Source of the DNA: Eledone cirrhosa | Taxonomy: Eukaryota | Direction: 5' to 3' | NCBI GenBank assembly: GCA_964016885.1 | Contig: OZ024755.1 | Span: 41,726,001 to 41,790,000, forward strand | Length of the DNA: 64,000 nucleotides | Shown here: positions 12,912 through 25,800 of the stretch, in pieces | How the letters are laid out: each line of letters begins with the position of its first letter | Numbering within the stretch: the stretch's first letter is position 1 | The notes under the pieces: model-generated | Told to the model about the DNA's origin: nothing | Databases searched by the model: none | The model's input: the letters and a program-made list of their open reading frames with translations, nothing else | Position numbers and translations under genes: made by a program

Positions 12912-13052
12912 CGAAGGAAATGTGGTAAGGAACCAGATGGACCATAACGCACCAAAGTACTCAATACTTAGGGTAGTAGAGTGGGTAATAGGAACGTCCA
13001 GAATTAGCCGTCGAAACGGCTTGAGCTCAGCCGTCGGGGTCCTACTCGTTCC

Positions 13053-13054
<2 letters not shown>
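12909..13054. mobile_element. PLE pseudo-LTR fragment with inverted tail and the 3' half of a hammerhead
   Basis: 12909-12994 is the reverse complement of ~14898-14982. GAAA-CGGC...GCCG-TC at 13013-13035. Flanked by (TA)n. Confidence 0.65.
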
Positions 13055-13083
<29 letters not shown>

Positions 13084-13102
13084 ATATGTATATATATATG
13101 TA

Positions 13103-13272
<170 letters not shown>

Positions 13273-13438
13273 TAATCACCCTACACCACTCCGGTGACAT
13301 ATTCTACTTTCCTTCCGCACACTCTGTTCTGACCCCGTCACTTCTTGCCTTTTTCCTAACCCACTTATTACTGCATTTAAGCGCGCCCGCAACCTCCTGG
13401 TACGTAGTTCCTTCTCGTCCTCTCCTACGACTCCACCC

Positions 13439-13849
13439 AGCTTTCATTCTTATTCTCGTCCCCGCTGTAACACTTGTCCTTTCATTTCCACCCTCACCAT
13501 TTTCACAGGCCCCAACGGTTCATTCCGTATCCACCACTCCTTCACCTGTACCTCCACTCACCTTGGCTATGCCCTCCGGTGTTCCCTTTGCGGGTCCTTA
13601 TACATCGGACAAACGGGATGCCGTTTGGCGGACCGTTTTGATGAACATTTGAGGAATATACGGCTCGGTTGGATACTCCTGTCGCCTGTCATTTCCGTTC
13701 CCCAGGTCACTCTTCTTCACATGTCAGTCCTGGGTGTCCTTTTATATCACGGACCACAGGCCTCGCGCACCAGGACTGAACAAATTCTCATTCACCGCCA
13801 TGGGTCCTATTCCCCTCAAGGACTCAACTCCCTTCCCAAATTTCTTTAA
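13439..13849 (+). pseudogene. PLE GIY-YIG endonuclease remnant (CCHH type)
   Basis: Manual translation RPRCNTCP...[38 protein letters not shown]...PQGLN, with small indels. Confidence 0.85.
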
Positions 13850-14119
13850 TACCCCGTCCGTTATCACACACGCTCTTGGACATTCACCCCTAGATTCCTA
13901 TGGCTCTCTTACAGCTAATACAAACCAAAAAAATACACATACTCTACTTTTCCCTTCATAGCTCCGTAAACACACACAAACACACACACACCCACACACC
14001 CACACACCCTTATATTAACATACTTTTGCTCACAGCTTCGTACTTACAAGCACACACACACACTCCTTTACTTATATATACACACACATATCCTCTTAGC
14101 TTCGTACGGACATGTAATA

Positions 14120-14157
<38 letters not shown>

Positions 14158-14582
14158 TGAGTCATGCTTTGACTGCATATGTATTGAGTCATCCCCAAAA
14201 TATCAACAGATTGCAATCAATGTACAGTAACACCAATACCACCAACAACAACATCATAAACAATAATAACAGTAACAGTAGAAGCCATTGAAGTCACTAA
14301 GTTATTTTTGCAAATACATATAGGTTATTCACCTCACACGTTTCCTGTGCAAGTCAGTGTTCCACATCTGTGTGAAATTGTGCATTTAACCACCCACTTA
14401 CTACCCCACCCCAACCCTACCCTACCCCCCACACACAGCCTGACTGTCAACAACTAAACCGCATCATCGCCTTCCAGTCAAAAACATATTTTCTTCTCTA
14501 CTTTATTCTCTGCCCTTTCTCCTTAAAGCCTCTTGGAATGTGTTTACCATTATTAATTTATTATATAACTATTGTGCAATAT

Positions 14583-14640
14583 ACACCTGATGATGTCACC
14601 AGGATCCTACGTAACCTGGCCACTGAAATGTACATAGTGT
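14583..14640 (+). ncRNA. Type I hammerhead ribozyme
   Basis: ACAC-CTGATGA-tgtcaCCAGG..CCTGGccact-GAAA-TGTACA-TA-GTGT; palindromic stem III. Confidence 0.8.
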
Positions 14641-14796
14641 TTGTAGAAATTAAAATTTGAAGGAATTTCACCTGTCCGGCCTCCTGTCAATTTATTCTAT
14701 AATAATCAACAACGTTCCCGCACCACCAACAGGAATGATCAGTTCTATCCAGTGGTGAACCACCAAACCCAAATAAATATTTATATATATGTATAT

Positions 14797-14979
14797 AGGA
14801 AAAGAGTAAGAACCCCAACGGTAGAACCGTTTCGACAGCTAGTTCAGAAATAGCTGTCGAAACGGCTTGAGCTCTGCCGTCGGTGTTCTGACTCTTTTCC
14901 TATTACCCACTCTACTACCCTAAGAATCGAGTACTCTAGTGCGTTATGGTCCATCTGGTTCCTTACCACACTTCCTTCG

Positions 14980-14983
<4 letters not shown>
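14797..14983. mobile_element. Fold-back pLTR fragment (same family as 12909)
   Basis: 14797-14841 is an imperfect inversion of 14851-14903; half hammerhead GAAA-CGGC..GCCG-TC. Confidence 0.65.
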
Positions 14984-15021
<38 letters not shown>

Positions 15022-15374
15022 TTAATTAGACTATAACAACCATATAAAGAATATGCCACCAGATCAACCAGCCTAACACTCTTCTTTGCCTACCTAAGTG
15101 CTCCTACCACACACATCTCTCTGCCACAATATATAAACAAAACGCACGTGCTTGCCACACATATAACATTTGCACTATATAACCGCTTATCTTCATGTTG
15201 TATTTTAACCTGTATTTTTGATTTTTGATTGTACCTTTTATTATGAATATAATCTCGAAGTGTGTACTGCCACTCTAAATGCTATAATGAATGTTGACCC
15301 ACAATATTTGCATGTGTATCGGTATGTCTCTTGGCTGAAGAGTAGGTCATATAACTGTCCATTCATTAATAAAT

Positions 15375-15421
15375 TGCTCCGAAGAATCCAAACCTCGGTT
15401 TGGAGGAAACAGCTGTAAGCA
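15375..15421 (+). ncRNA. Hammerhead motif with U4C core mutation
   Basis: TGCT-CCGAAGA-aTCCAAACCtcGGTTTGGAg-GAAA-CAGCTG-TA-AGCA, inside a TA-flanked ~440-bp segment. Confidence 0.65.
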
Positions 15422-15452
15422 CAATAATGTTTTGAACAGTTCTTTGATTCTT

Positions 15453-15504
<52 letters not shown>

Positions 15505-15512
<8 letters not shown>

Positions 15513-15922
15513 TAAGAGGAATTCCAACTTTGTCTGATTTACTCGTTTTATTTACAATCCTTTAAAATATATAATGGTATTATAATGAAATAGTATGATA
15601 GAATATTAAATTCTAAGTGTTAATTGAACAGGTACTTTCATGCTTTCGCAATCTTCAGGTTCATAATATGTGGTGACAGTCAAGTTTGCAATTTTCAACT
15701 GTTGAAAATTGCAAAATCGACTGTCACCACATATTATGAACCTGAAGATTGCAAAAGCATGAAAGTACTTGTTCAATTAACACTTAGAATTTAATATTCT
15801 ATCATACTATTTCATTATAATACCATTATATATTTTAAAGGATTGTAAATAAAACGAGTAAATCAGACAAAGTTGGAATTCCTCTTATTAATATAATCTT
15901 CTATACACAATCATACACACCC

Positions 15923-15925
<3 letters not shown>
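15505..15925. mobile_element. Near-perfect 390-bp palindrome of a PLE pseudo-LTR, plus tail
   Basis: 195-bp arms centred on 15700 (1-nt loop); a single-arm copy lies at 56063-56272; (TA)n flanks. Confidence 0.88.
15737..15775 (+). ncRNA. Minimal type I hammerhead ribozyme
   Basis: TGAAC-CTGAAGA-tTGCaaaaGCAt-GAAA-GTAC-TT-GTTCA. The mirror copy at 15625-15663 (-) has a U16.1C change. Confidence 0.78.
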
Positions 15926-15991
<66 letters not shown>

Positions 15992-16127
15992 GTAGTTTGT
16001 TTGAAGCATTGTGTATAATATATCGTGTAGTAACGCAACAGTTAGTCCACCCCCGGTATGGTGAACTACAAACTCATCCCATGGACTGAGTGCTCTACCA
16101 CTACGGATATTACCTTCCAGTGTTCTA

Positions 16128-16232
<105 letters not shown>

Positions 16233-16314
16233 GTTATTCCGGGTTGAATCGGAGGTAACCACAGTAAGTAAGGTACTCAATACATAGCAGAGTATAACAG
16301 TTTTAATATAGATG

Positions 16315-16365
16315 AGATTCTACAGGACTAGAACTGTTTCATTCATTAGAAATCATCAGGAATCT
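16315..16365 (-). ncRNA. Type I hammerhead ribozyme
   Basis: Exact reverse complement of 18918-18968; inverted arms 16299-16381 and 18902-18984. Confidence 0.82.
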
Positions 16366-16407
16366 GGGTATCAAAAAATAATGTGTATATATATATGTAT
16401 GTGTATG

Positions 16408-16464
<57 letters not shown>

Positions 16465-16647
16465 ATGTGTGTATATATGTGTATATATATATGTTTGTGT
16501 GAATACGTGTTTTATGTGTGTATATTTATGTAGGTATATGTTTGTATGTGTTTGTGTATATGTATGTATGTATGTATGTATGTGTGTGTATGTATGTATG
16601 TATATGTATGTGTGTGTGTATATGTATGTATGTGTGTATGTATATGT

Positions 16648-16707
<60 letters not shown>

Positions 16708-16816
16708 ATGTATATGTATGTGTATATGTGTATATATATATGTATATGTATGTATATGTATGTTTGTATATATGTGTGTGTATATATTTATGTGTATATA
16801 TGTGTATATATGTATA

Positions 16817-16855
<39 letters not shown>

Positions 16856-16887
16856 GTGTGCGTGTGCGTATGTGTGTATATGTGTGC

Positions 16888-16925
<38 letters not shown>

Positions 16926-17088
16926 ATATGTATGTGTTTGTGTGTATGTATATGTATATATGTGTGTATGTGTGTGTATTTGTGAGTGTATATGTACATA
17001 TATATGTGTGTGTGTATGTATGTATGTGTATGTGTATGTATGTGTATATGTATATGCATGTGTGTGTATATATATATGTATATATATG

Positions 17089-17119
<31 letters not shown>

Positions 17120-17169
17120 GTGTATGTGTATGTGTATGTATGTATGTATTTGTATGTGTCTGTGTATAT

Positions 17170-17228
<59 letters not shown>

Positions 17229-17296
17229 CATGAGAGAGAGAATGTGTGTGTGTATATATATTTTGTGTGTGGGTGTGTGTATGTGTGTATGCGCGC

Positions 17297-17380
<84 letters not shown>

Positions 17381-17384
17381 ATGC

Positions 17385-17436
<52 letters not shown>

Positions 17437-17537
17437 ATGTATATATGTGTGTGTATATGTGCGTTATATCTCTGTATATATATGTGTATATTTATGTATA
17501 GGTCTGTGTATGCATGTGTATGTTTGTGTATGTATGG

Positions 17538-17572
<35 letters not shown>

Positions 17573-17603
17573 TATATGTATTTGTATGTGTGTGTATAGA
17601 GAG

Positions 17604-17641
<38 letters not shown>

Positions 17642-17646
17642 ATGTA

Positions 17647-17727
<81 letters not shown>

Positions 17728-17760
17728 GTGTATATATGTGTGTATGTATGTGTGTATATG

Positions 17761-17809
<49 letters not shown>

Positions 17810-17930
17810 ATGTGTGTGTGTATAGATATTTATACATATGTATACTCGTGTTTGTATGTATGCGTGTGAGTGTATTTATTTGTGTATATATGTGTGTATG
17901 TGTGTATGTATGTGTATGTGTGTGTGTATC

Positions 17931-17979
<49 letters not shown>

Positions 17980-18112
17980 ATGTATATATATATATATATA
18001 TATTTGTGTATATATATGTATGTATATATATATGTATATGTATGTGTGTATATATGTATGTATGTGTGTGTGTGTGTATGTGTGTGTATATATATATATA
18101 TGTGTATATATA

Positions 18113-18175
<63 letters not shown>

Positions 18176-18917
18176 TGTATATGTGTGCGTATGTATTTGT
18201 GTATATGTATTTTATATATGTATGTATGTATGTATGTGTGTATGTATGTGTGTGTACATGAATATATATTTGTATATATTTATATATATTTTTTTATATA
18301 TGTGTGTGTGTTTTTATGTGTGTATATGTGTTTATGTGTGTGTTTATGGTTGCGCGTAAGTGTGTGAGTGAGTATGTGTGTTTTTTTGTTTTTTAGGTGG
18401 GGTTTTTTTTGTTTTTCTGTTTTTTTGTTTTTTGGGGTTTTTTTGTTTTTTTGTTTTTTTGTGAATGTGTCTGTTGATTTGGCATATTGTTGATTAGTTT
18501 AAGAGAAGTTCGAAGATAATAGTATGATATGCACTCAGTATTTTGAATCTGTCTGCAGAATTCCCTAGACCTTTGTCACTTAGCAGAACCTTAATGACTT
18601 TAGCTTTTAAAGAATCTCCCTTTTCTCTAATTCTATCGAGCATGAATGACCCCCCACTGATTTTATAGACATCTGCTAGCCTAAGAGAAACTTATTGACA
18701 AGGAATGGTATGCCATCCGGAACCTGTTTATAGAATTCTGTCTGCCTTTGTTACTCTAAAAACATAAATAAATAAATATAAATTAACTATAGCTATGTAG
18801 AATTAGCTTTTAATGAATTCCCTTCTCTATCAACCAATGACCTGCACCCATCCCACTCCCCACCCTCTCCTACCACTTATAGAGACCTATAAATACCATA
18901 TTTATTTTTTGATACCC

Positions 18918-18968
18918 AGATTCCTGATGATTTCTAATGAATGAAACAGTTCTAGTCCTGTAGAATCT
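18918..18968 (+). ncRNA. Type I hammerhead ribozyme with 4-bp stem III
   Basis: AGATTC-CTGATGA-tTTCtaatGAAt-GAAA-CAGttctagtcCTG-TA-GAATCT. Confidence 0.82.
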
Positions 18969-18980
18969 CATCTATATTAA

Positions 18981-19024
<44 letters not shown>

Positions 19025-19027
<3 letters not shown>

Positions 19028-20405
19028 AAAGTTCTATTTAAAGTTGTTGGGATACAACAAGTAAATATTTTTATAACTGATATAAAGCACTTGACAAGTT
19101 TTTGGAGTAGATATACGATATTAATATAGATATAATATATTCCTTTGGTATTTTAATATAGATATAATGTATTCCTTTGGTATTTTAAATTTATATTGTT
19201 ATGGTTATATTTACAAATTATAATCCTTTAGTAATATATTGATATTTGATTATCTCTATACAAATGCATATGTGTGTATTAACATGCATAAAAAGTCTTA
19301 TAGGTTTTTTTGTGTCTATATATGTCTGTATATATACATGAGTGATGCGTGACGACGGACGCAAATATTTATTTATACATATGTATGTGTATATATGTGT
19401 ATGTATATATCTATGTGGTTGAGAGGTATGTTGGAGATATGCATAATATTAACCACATGAATGGTAATCGTATATATTTGTATATATATATACTGTGAAG
19501 TTTTTATAACACAAGGAATGTATAGCAGTGATTAAGAGAAATTATTTACGTTTTGTATGGCTATATTGTTGGCTTGAGTAAATATAATTTCTATTTTCAG
19601 GACGTGCGTATCTATATGTATGTGTATATACATATATATCTGTATGTCTTTGCATAAAATACTAATCTCTATAACAAGGGTACATTTTGAACTCAGATTT
19701 TGGTATATTGATCTCAAGTTTCTAAACTAAACATCTGGTCATTATTGAACAATGTTTAATTTCTCATATTATATATCTATTTCCCATTCATGAATATTGA
19801 TACTTATATTTTTATTATTCATTTCATATAAATTGTTAACTCAACTTAATATGACACGACGTAAAGTTATCATTGTCCCCCCCCCCCTCTCTCTATATAA
19901 TATTTCTCTCTCTTGAGTTTTTCTCTCTGTATGATGACTTGATATCTTTCTGTTGCTTTCATTTGTTTTTCTTATTTCTTCCTTTTCTTTATTTTTTCTT
20001 TTTTCTTTTTTCTTTTTTATTTCCTCCTATCTTTATTTATCTCTTTCTTTTCTCCATACATTTCTCTCTCTCTCCGATATTTCTCCAGGTTTTCTTTCTC
20101 TTTCTTTCTCTCTCTCCGTCTTTGTTCTTTTCTCTCTCTCCGTCTTTTTCTTTTTCTTTCTCTCCGTCTTTTTCTAATTGTGCTTAACACTATGACTTAT
20201 TAAAACAATGTAAACAAATCACTATCCAGACAGCCTCCAAAAGTAATGGTTGTATTTTAAAAGGGTACGTCAAAGCTATTTGTAAAACTGTTATATATTG
20301 TATTTTGTCTGATGAAGGCATACCATAATTTAATGTGGTATCCCTGAAATATGTATAATGAAATAAATATGGTTTTATAAATATAGTTTCCATTTATTAA
20401 TATCG
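19025..20405 (+). mobile_element. PLE 3' region and pLTR with an inverted tail at its 5' end
   Basis: 20185-20405 is homologous to 55470-55705; 19031-19098 is homologous to 52782-52849; (TA)n flanks. Confidence 0.7.
20302..20364 (+). ncRNA. Type I hammerhead ribozyme (minimal)
   Basis: ATTTTGT-CTGATGA-aggcATACCATA..TGTGGTATccct-GAAA-TATGTA-TA-ATGAAAT. Confidence 0.8.
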
Positions 20406-20553
20406 TATATATATATATATATATACATGTGTGTGTGTTTGTGTATTTGTGCGTATATGTATGTATATATATATGTATATATATATATACATATATATAT
20501 ATGTATATATATGTATGTATATGTATGTGTGTATGTATATGCGTGTGTGTATG

Positions 20554-20634
<81 letters not shown>

Positions 20635-20829
20635 ATTTTTCCTTTCCTTCTTCCTTTTCCAGCCTCACTTTCATATAGATTATATTTTTGTTTTTAAAAT
20701 CCAATGTCAATAAAGACACCAGGATTTTTTCATTCTGATGATTAAAAGCAAAATTTGTTTGCTTTCAAGAAACCACTGGTAAATGAAATAATTACCTTAT
20801 GTTGTTTATTACATAACTATATATATATA

Positions 20830-20908
<79 letters not shown>

Positions 20909-20911
<3 letters not shown>

Positions 20912-21132
20912 TTTGTTGGTTCACCACTGGATAGAATTGGTCATTCCGTATGGTCAATCTTGGTGTAATATTGTGGAGAGTACTCAACGTAGTGCAGTTC
21001 AACCGTCTTCATTTGTGTAGTTGGTGGTGCGAATACGGAGTTAATTATAAATAAAATAACAGGAGGCTGGACTGGTGTAAATCCTTGAAACCTTTCAAGG
21101 ATTTACACCAGTCCAGCCTCCTGTTATTTTAT
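20909..21132 (-). mobile_element. pLTR tail fragment ending in a perfect 40-bp-arm palindrome
   Basis: Palindrome 21051-21132 with a 2-nt loop; homologous to 14660-14769. Confidence 0.75.
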
Positions 21133-21206
21133 ATATATATATATATATATAAATATATATATATATAAATGAAAAGTATAGAAATTATTATGAGCAAGAA
21201 GCACAC

Positions 21207-21301
21207 AGGTTGACTTTGCCTTTCATCCTTACGGGGTCGATAAAATAAAGTACCAGTAATGCACTGGGTAATTGCTGGCCTTGTGCCTAAAGTAGAAACA
21301 A
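21207..21301 (+). mobile_element. 5'-truncated SINE
   Basis: Matches 11529-11622. Confidence 0.85.
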
Positions 21302-21507
21302 GTATTTCATAATATATAAGTGACTATAGCGTCAAAATGGGAAAATAGTTAACGTAAGATGTGGGAAAAATAATTCAAACTCAATTAAAAAATAAACAGG
21401 ATATATACGTGTACGTGTATGTATGTGTGTATGTATGTATATATATATATATGGAAAAGAATGAAATGAAATTTCATTTCTCACTCTTAGTACGGCTGAT
21501 ACCTAAA

Positions 21508-22065
<558 letters not shown>

Positions 22066-22084
22066 CTTTACCTTGACCGACCAG

Positions 22085-22299
22085 TCAGAAGAAGAGATAT
22101 TAATCTCGAAATATCAGAACATATGAATAAATTAAGGTAAAAAAACAAAGCCTTTTTCTTGCGTTTTAATATTTATCTCGACAATGCAAGTTTGGGGTTT
22201 GGAGAGAGATAAATATTAAAACGCAAGAAAAAGGGTTTGTTTTTTACCTTAATTTATTCATATGTTCTGATATTTCGAGATTTATATCTCTTCTTCTGA
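22085..22299. repeat. Fold-back inverted repeat with degenerate hammerhead-like arms
   Basis: Arms 22085-22179 and 22206-22299; CAGAAGA-aGAGATattaATCTC-GAAA-TA-TC (U4A change, poor stem I). Confidence 0.75.
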
Positions 22300-22652
22300 G
22301 TAAATAAAGGAACTACTCCAGTGCCCGATGTGGCTTGCTGGCCTGAAGTGGTTTTATCATTTATTTGTTTGTTTGTTTGTTTGTTTGTTTGTTTGTTTTT
22401 TGGTTGTTTTTCTAACCATTTTTGTGTTAAAATTAAGGCCTGGACAGGTCGAAGGGGGCACAAAGTTGTTTTCCTTTAAACCCGCTTAGACGCATATATA
22501 TTAATACGCGCTGAGACACGTGTATGCATACCTCTGTGTGTGACGCACGCAAATATGTAAACACACATGGATGGAATCTTGTATATACACACACACATTA
22601 AAAATAACAACAAAAGGCCGGACTGGAAACTTCATAATTTTATTTCTGCGAA

Positions 22653-22724
22653 AACACTATAAATATTTCAATGGCCACCATTGATGGAATACGATGCAAG
22701 ACCTAGACGATTTCATCAGGTGTT
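22653..22724 (-). ncRNA. Type I hammerhead in pLTR fragment 22600-22850
   Basis: Minus strand AACAC-CTGATGA-AAT...ATT-GAAA-TATTTA-TA-GTGTT; segment homologous to 50416-50670. Confidence 0.68.
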
Positions 22725-22879
22725 AATTGCAGAAATATTTATATAAGAGAACTGGATTTTGACGAACACAGGGAATAGAAAATAGAAAATAGAGGAACTA
22801 TTTTGATTCGGGGAAGGTCCGTCTATTCCGTATTATTGTAACGGCAGGTCATCCCCAGTTGATACCAATTGATTCAGCT

Positions 22880-25800
22880 GGATCCCGCGCGAAGGGGGAT
22901 GTGGTATGGATGTCTGTATTGTTTCTGTTCCCGCGTGAGGGGGGTGTGGTATCGATGTCTGTATTGTTTCTGGTCCCGCGTGAAGGGGGATGTGGTATGG
23001 ATGTCTGTATTGTTTCTGGTCCCGCGTGAAGGGAGTGTGGTATCGATGTCTTTATTGTTTCTGGCCCCGCGTGAAGGGGGATGTGGTATGGATGTCTTTA
23101 TTGTTTCTGGTCCCGCGTGAAGGGGGTTGTGGTATGGATGTCTTTACTGTTTCTGGTCCCGCATGAAGGGGGATGTGGTATGGATGTCTTTACTGTTTCT
23201 GGTCCCGCGTGAAGGGGGGTGTGGTATGGATGTCTTTACTGTTTCTGGTCCCGCGTGAAGAGGGATGTGGTATGGATGTCTTTACTGTTTCTGGTCCCGC
23301 GTGAAGGGGGATGTGGTATGGATGTCTGTACTGTTTCTGGTCCCGCGTGAAGAGGGATGTGGTATGGATGTCTTTACTGTTTCTGGTCCCGCGTGAAGAG
23401 GGATGTGGTATGGATGTCTGTACTGTTTCTGGTCCCGCGTGAAGAGGGATGTGGTATGGATGTCTTTACTGTTTCTGGTCCCGCGTGAAGGGGGATGTGG
23501 TATGGATGTCTTTACTGTTTCTGGTCCCGCGTAAAGAGGGATGTGGTATGGATGTCTTTACTGTTTCTGGTCCCACGTGAAGGGGGATGTGGTATGGATG
23601 TCTGTACTGTTTCTGGTCCCGCGTGAAGAGGGATGTGGTATGGATGTCTTTACTGTTTCTGGTCCCGCGTGAAGGGGGATGTGGTATGGATGTCTGTACT
23701 GTTTCTGGTCCCGCGTAAAGAGGGATGTGGTATGGATGTCTTTACTGTTTCTGGTCCCACGTGAAGGGGGATGTGGTATGGATGTCTGTACTGTTTCTGG
23801 TCCCGCGTGAAGAGGGATGTGGTATGGATGTCTTTACTGTTTCTGGTCCTGCGTGAAGGGGGATGTGGTATGGATGTCTGTACTGTTTCTGGTCCCGCAT
23901 GAAGAGGGATGTGGTATGGATGTCTTTACTGTTTCTGGTCCCGCGTGAAGAGGGATGTGGTATGGATGTCTGTACTGTTTCTGGTCCCGCGTAAAGAGGG
24001 ATGTGGTATGGATGTCTTTACTGTTTCTGGTCCCGCGTAAAGAGGGATGTGGTATGGATGTCTTTACTGTTTCTGGTCCCACGTGAAGGGGGATGTGGTA
24101 TGGATGTCTGTACTGTTTCTGGTCCCGCGTGAAGAGGGATGTGGTATGGATGTCTTTACTGTTTCTGGTCCCGCGTGAAGGGGGATGTGGTATGGATGTC
24201 TGTACTGTTTCTGGTCCCGCGTAAAGAGGGATGTGGTATGGATGTCTTTACTGTTTCTGGTCCCACGTGAAGGGGGATGTGGTATGGATGTCTGTACTGT
24301 TTCTGGTCCCGCGTGAAGAGGGATGTGGTATGGATGTCTTTACTGTTTCTGGTCCTGCGTGAAGGGGGATGTGGTATGGATGTCTGTACTGTTTCTGGTC
24401 CCGCATGAAGAGGGATGTGGTATGGATGTCTTTACTGTTTCTGGTCCCGCGTGAAGAGGGATGTGGTATGGATGTCTGTACTGTTTCTGGTCCCGCGTAA
24501 AGAGGGATGTGGTATGGATGTCTTTACTGTTTCTGGTCCCGCGTGAAGGGGGATGTGGTATGGATGTCTGTACTGTTTCTGGTCCCGCGTGAAGGGGGTT
24601 GTGGTATGGATGTCTTTACTGTTTCTGGTGCCGCGTGAAGAGGGGTGTGGTATGGATGTCTGTACTGTTTCTGGTCCCGCGTGAAGGGGGATATGGTATG
24701 GATGTCTGTACTGTTTCTGGTCCCGCGTGAAGGGGGTGTGGTATGGATGTCTGTACTGTTTCTGGTCCCGCGTGAAGGGGGATGTGGTATGGATGTCTGT
24801 AATGTTTCTGGTCCTGCGTGAAGGGGCACGTGGTATGGATGTCTGTACTGTTTCTGGTCCCGCGTGAAGGTTGATGTGGTATGGATGTCTTTACTGTTTC
24901 TGGTCCCGCGTGAAGGGGGATGTGGTATGGATGTCTGTACCGTTTCTGGTCCCGCGTGAAGGGGGATGTGGTATGGATGTCTGTATTGTTTCTGGTCCCG
25001 CGTGAAGGGGGATGTGGTATTGATGTCTTTACTGTTTCTGGTCCCGCGAGAAGGGGATGTGGTATGGATGTCTTTACTGTTTCTGGTCCCGCGTGAAGGG
25101 GATGTGGTATGGATGTCTTTACTGTTTCTGGTCCCGCGTGAAGGGGATGTGGTATGGATGTCTGTACTGTTTCTGGTCCCGCGTGAAGGGGGATGTGGGT
25201 ATGGATGTCTTTACTGTTTCTGGTCCCGCGTGAAGGGGGATGTGGTATGGATGTCTGTACTGTTTCTGGTCCCGCGTGAAGGGGGATGTGGTATGGATGT
25301 CTGTACTGTTTCTGGTCCCGCGTGAAGGGGGGTGTGGTATGGATGTCTTTACTGTTTCTGGTCCCGCGTGAAGGGGGATGTGGTATGGATGTCTTTACTG
25401 TTTCTGGTCCCGCGTGAAGGGGGGTGTGGTATGGATGTCTTTACTGTTTCTGGTCCCGCGTGAAGGGGGATGTGGTATGGATGTCTTTACTGTTTCTGGT
25501 CCCGCGTGAAGGGGGATGTGGTATGGATGTCTGTACTGTTTCTTGTCCCGCGTGAAGGGGGATGTGGTATGGATGTCTTTACTGTTTCTGGTCCCGCGTG
25601 AAGGGGGGTGTGGTATGGATGTCTTTACTGTTTCTGGTCCCGCGTGAAGGGGGATGTGGTATGGATGTCTGTACTGTTTCTTGTCCCGCGTGAAGGGGGG
25701 TGTGGTATGGATGTCTGTACTGTTTCTGGTCCCGCGTTAAGGGCGATGTGGTATCGATGTCTGTACTGTTTCTGGTCCCGCGTGAAGGGGGATGTGGTAT

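Larger units (their letters stand above)
13275..14775 (+). mobile_element. 5'-truncated Neptune-like PLE
   Basis: GIY-YIG remnant, microsatellite-rich 3' region, pLTR with hammerhead at 14582, TA-rich flanks. Confidence 0.75.
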
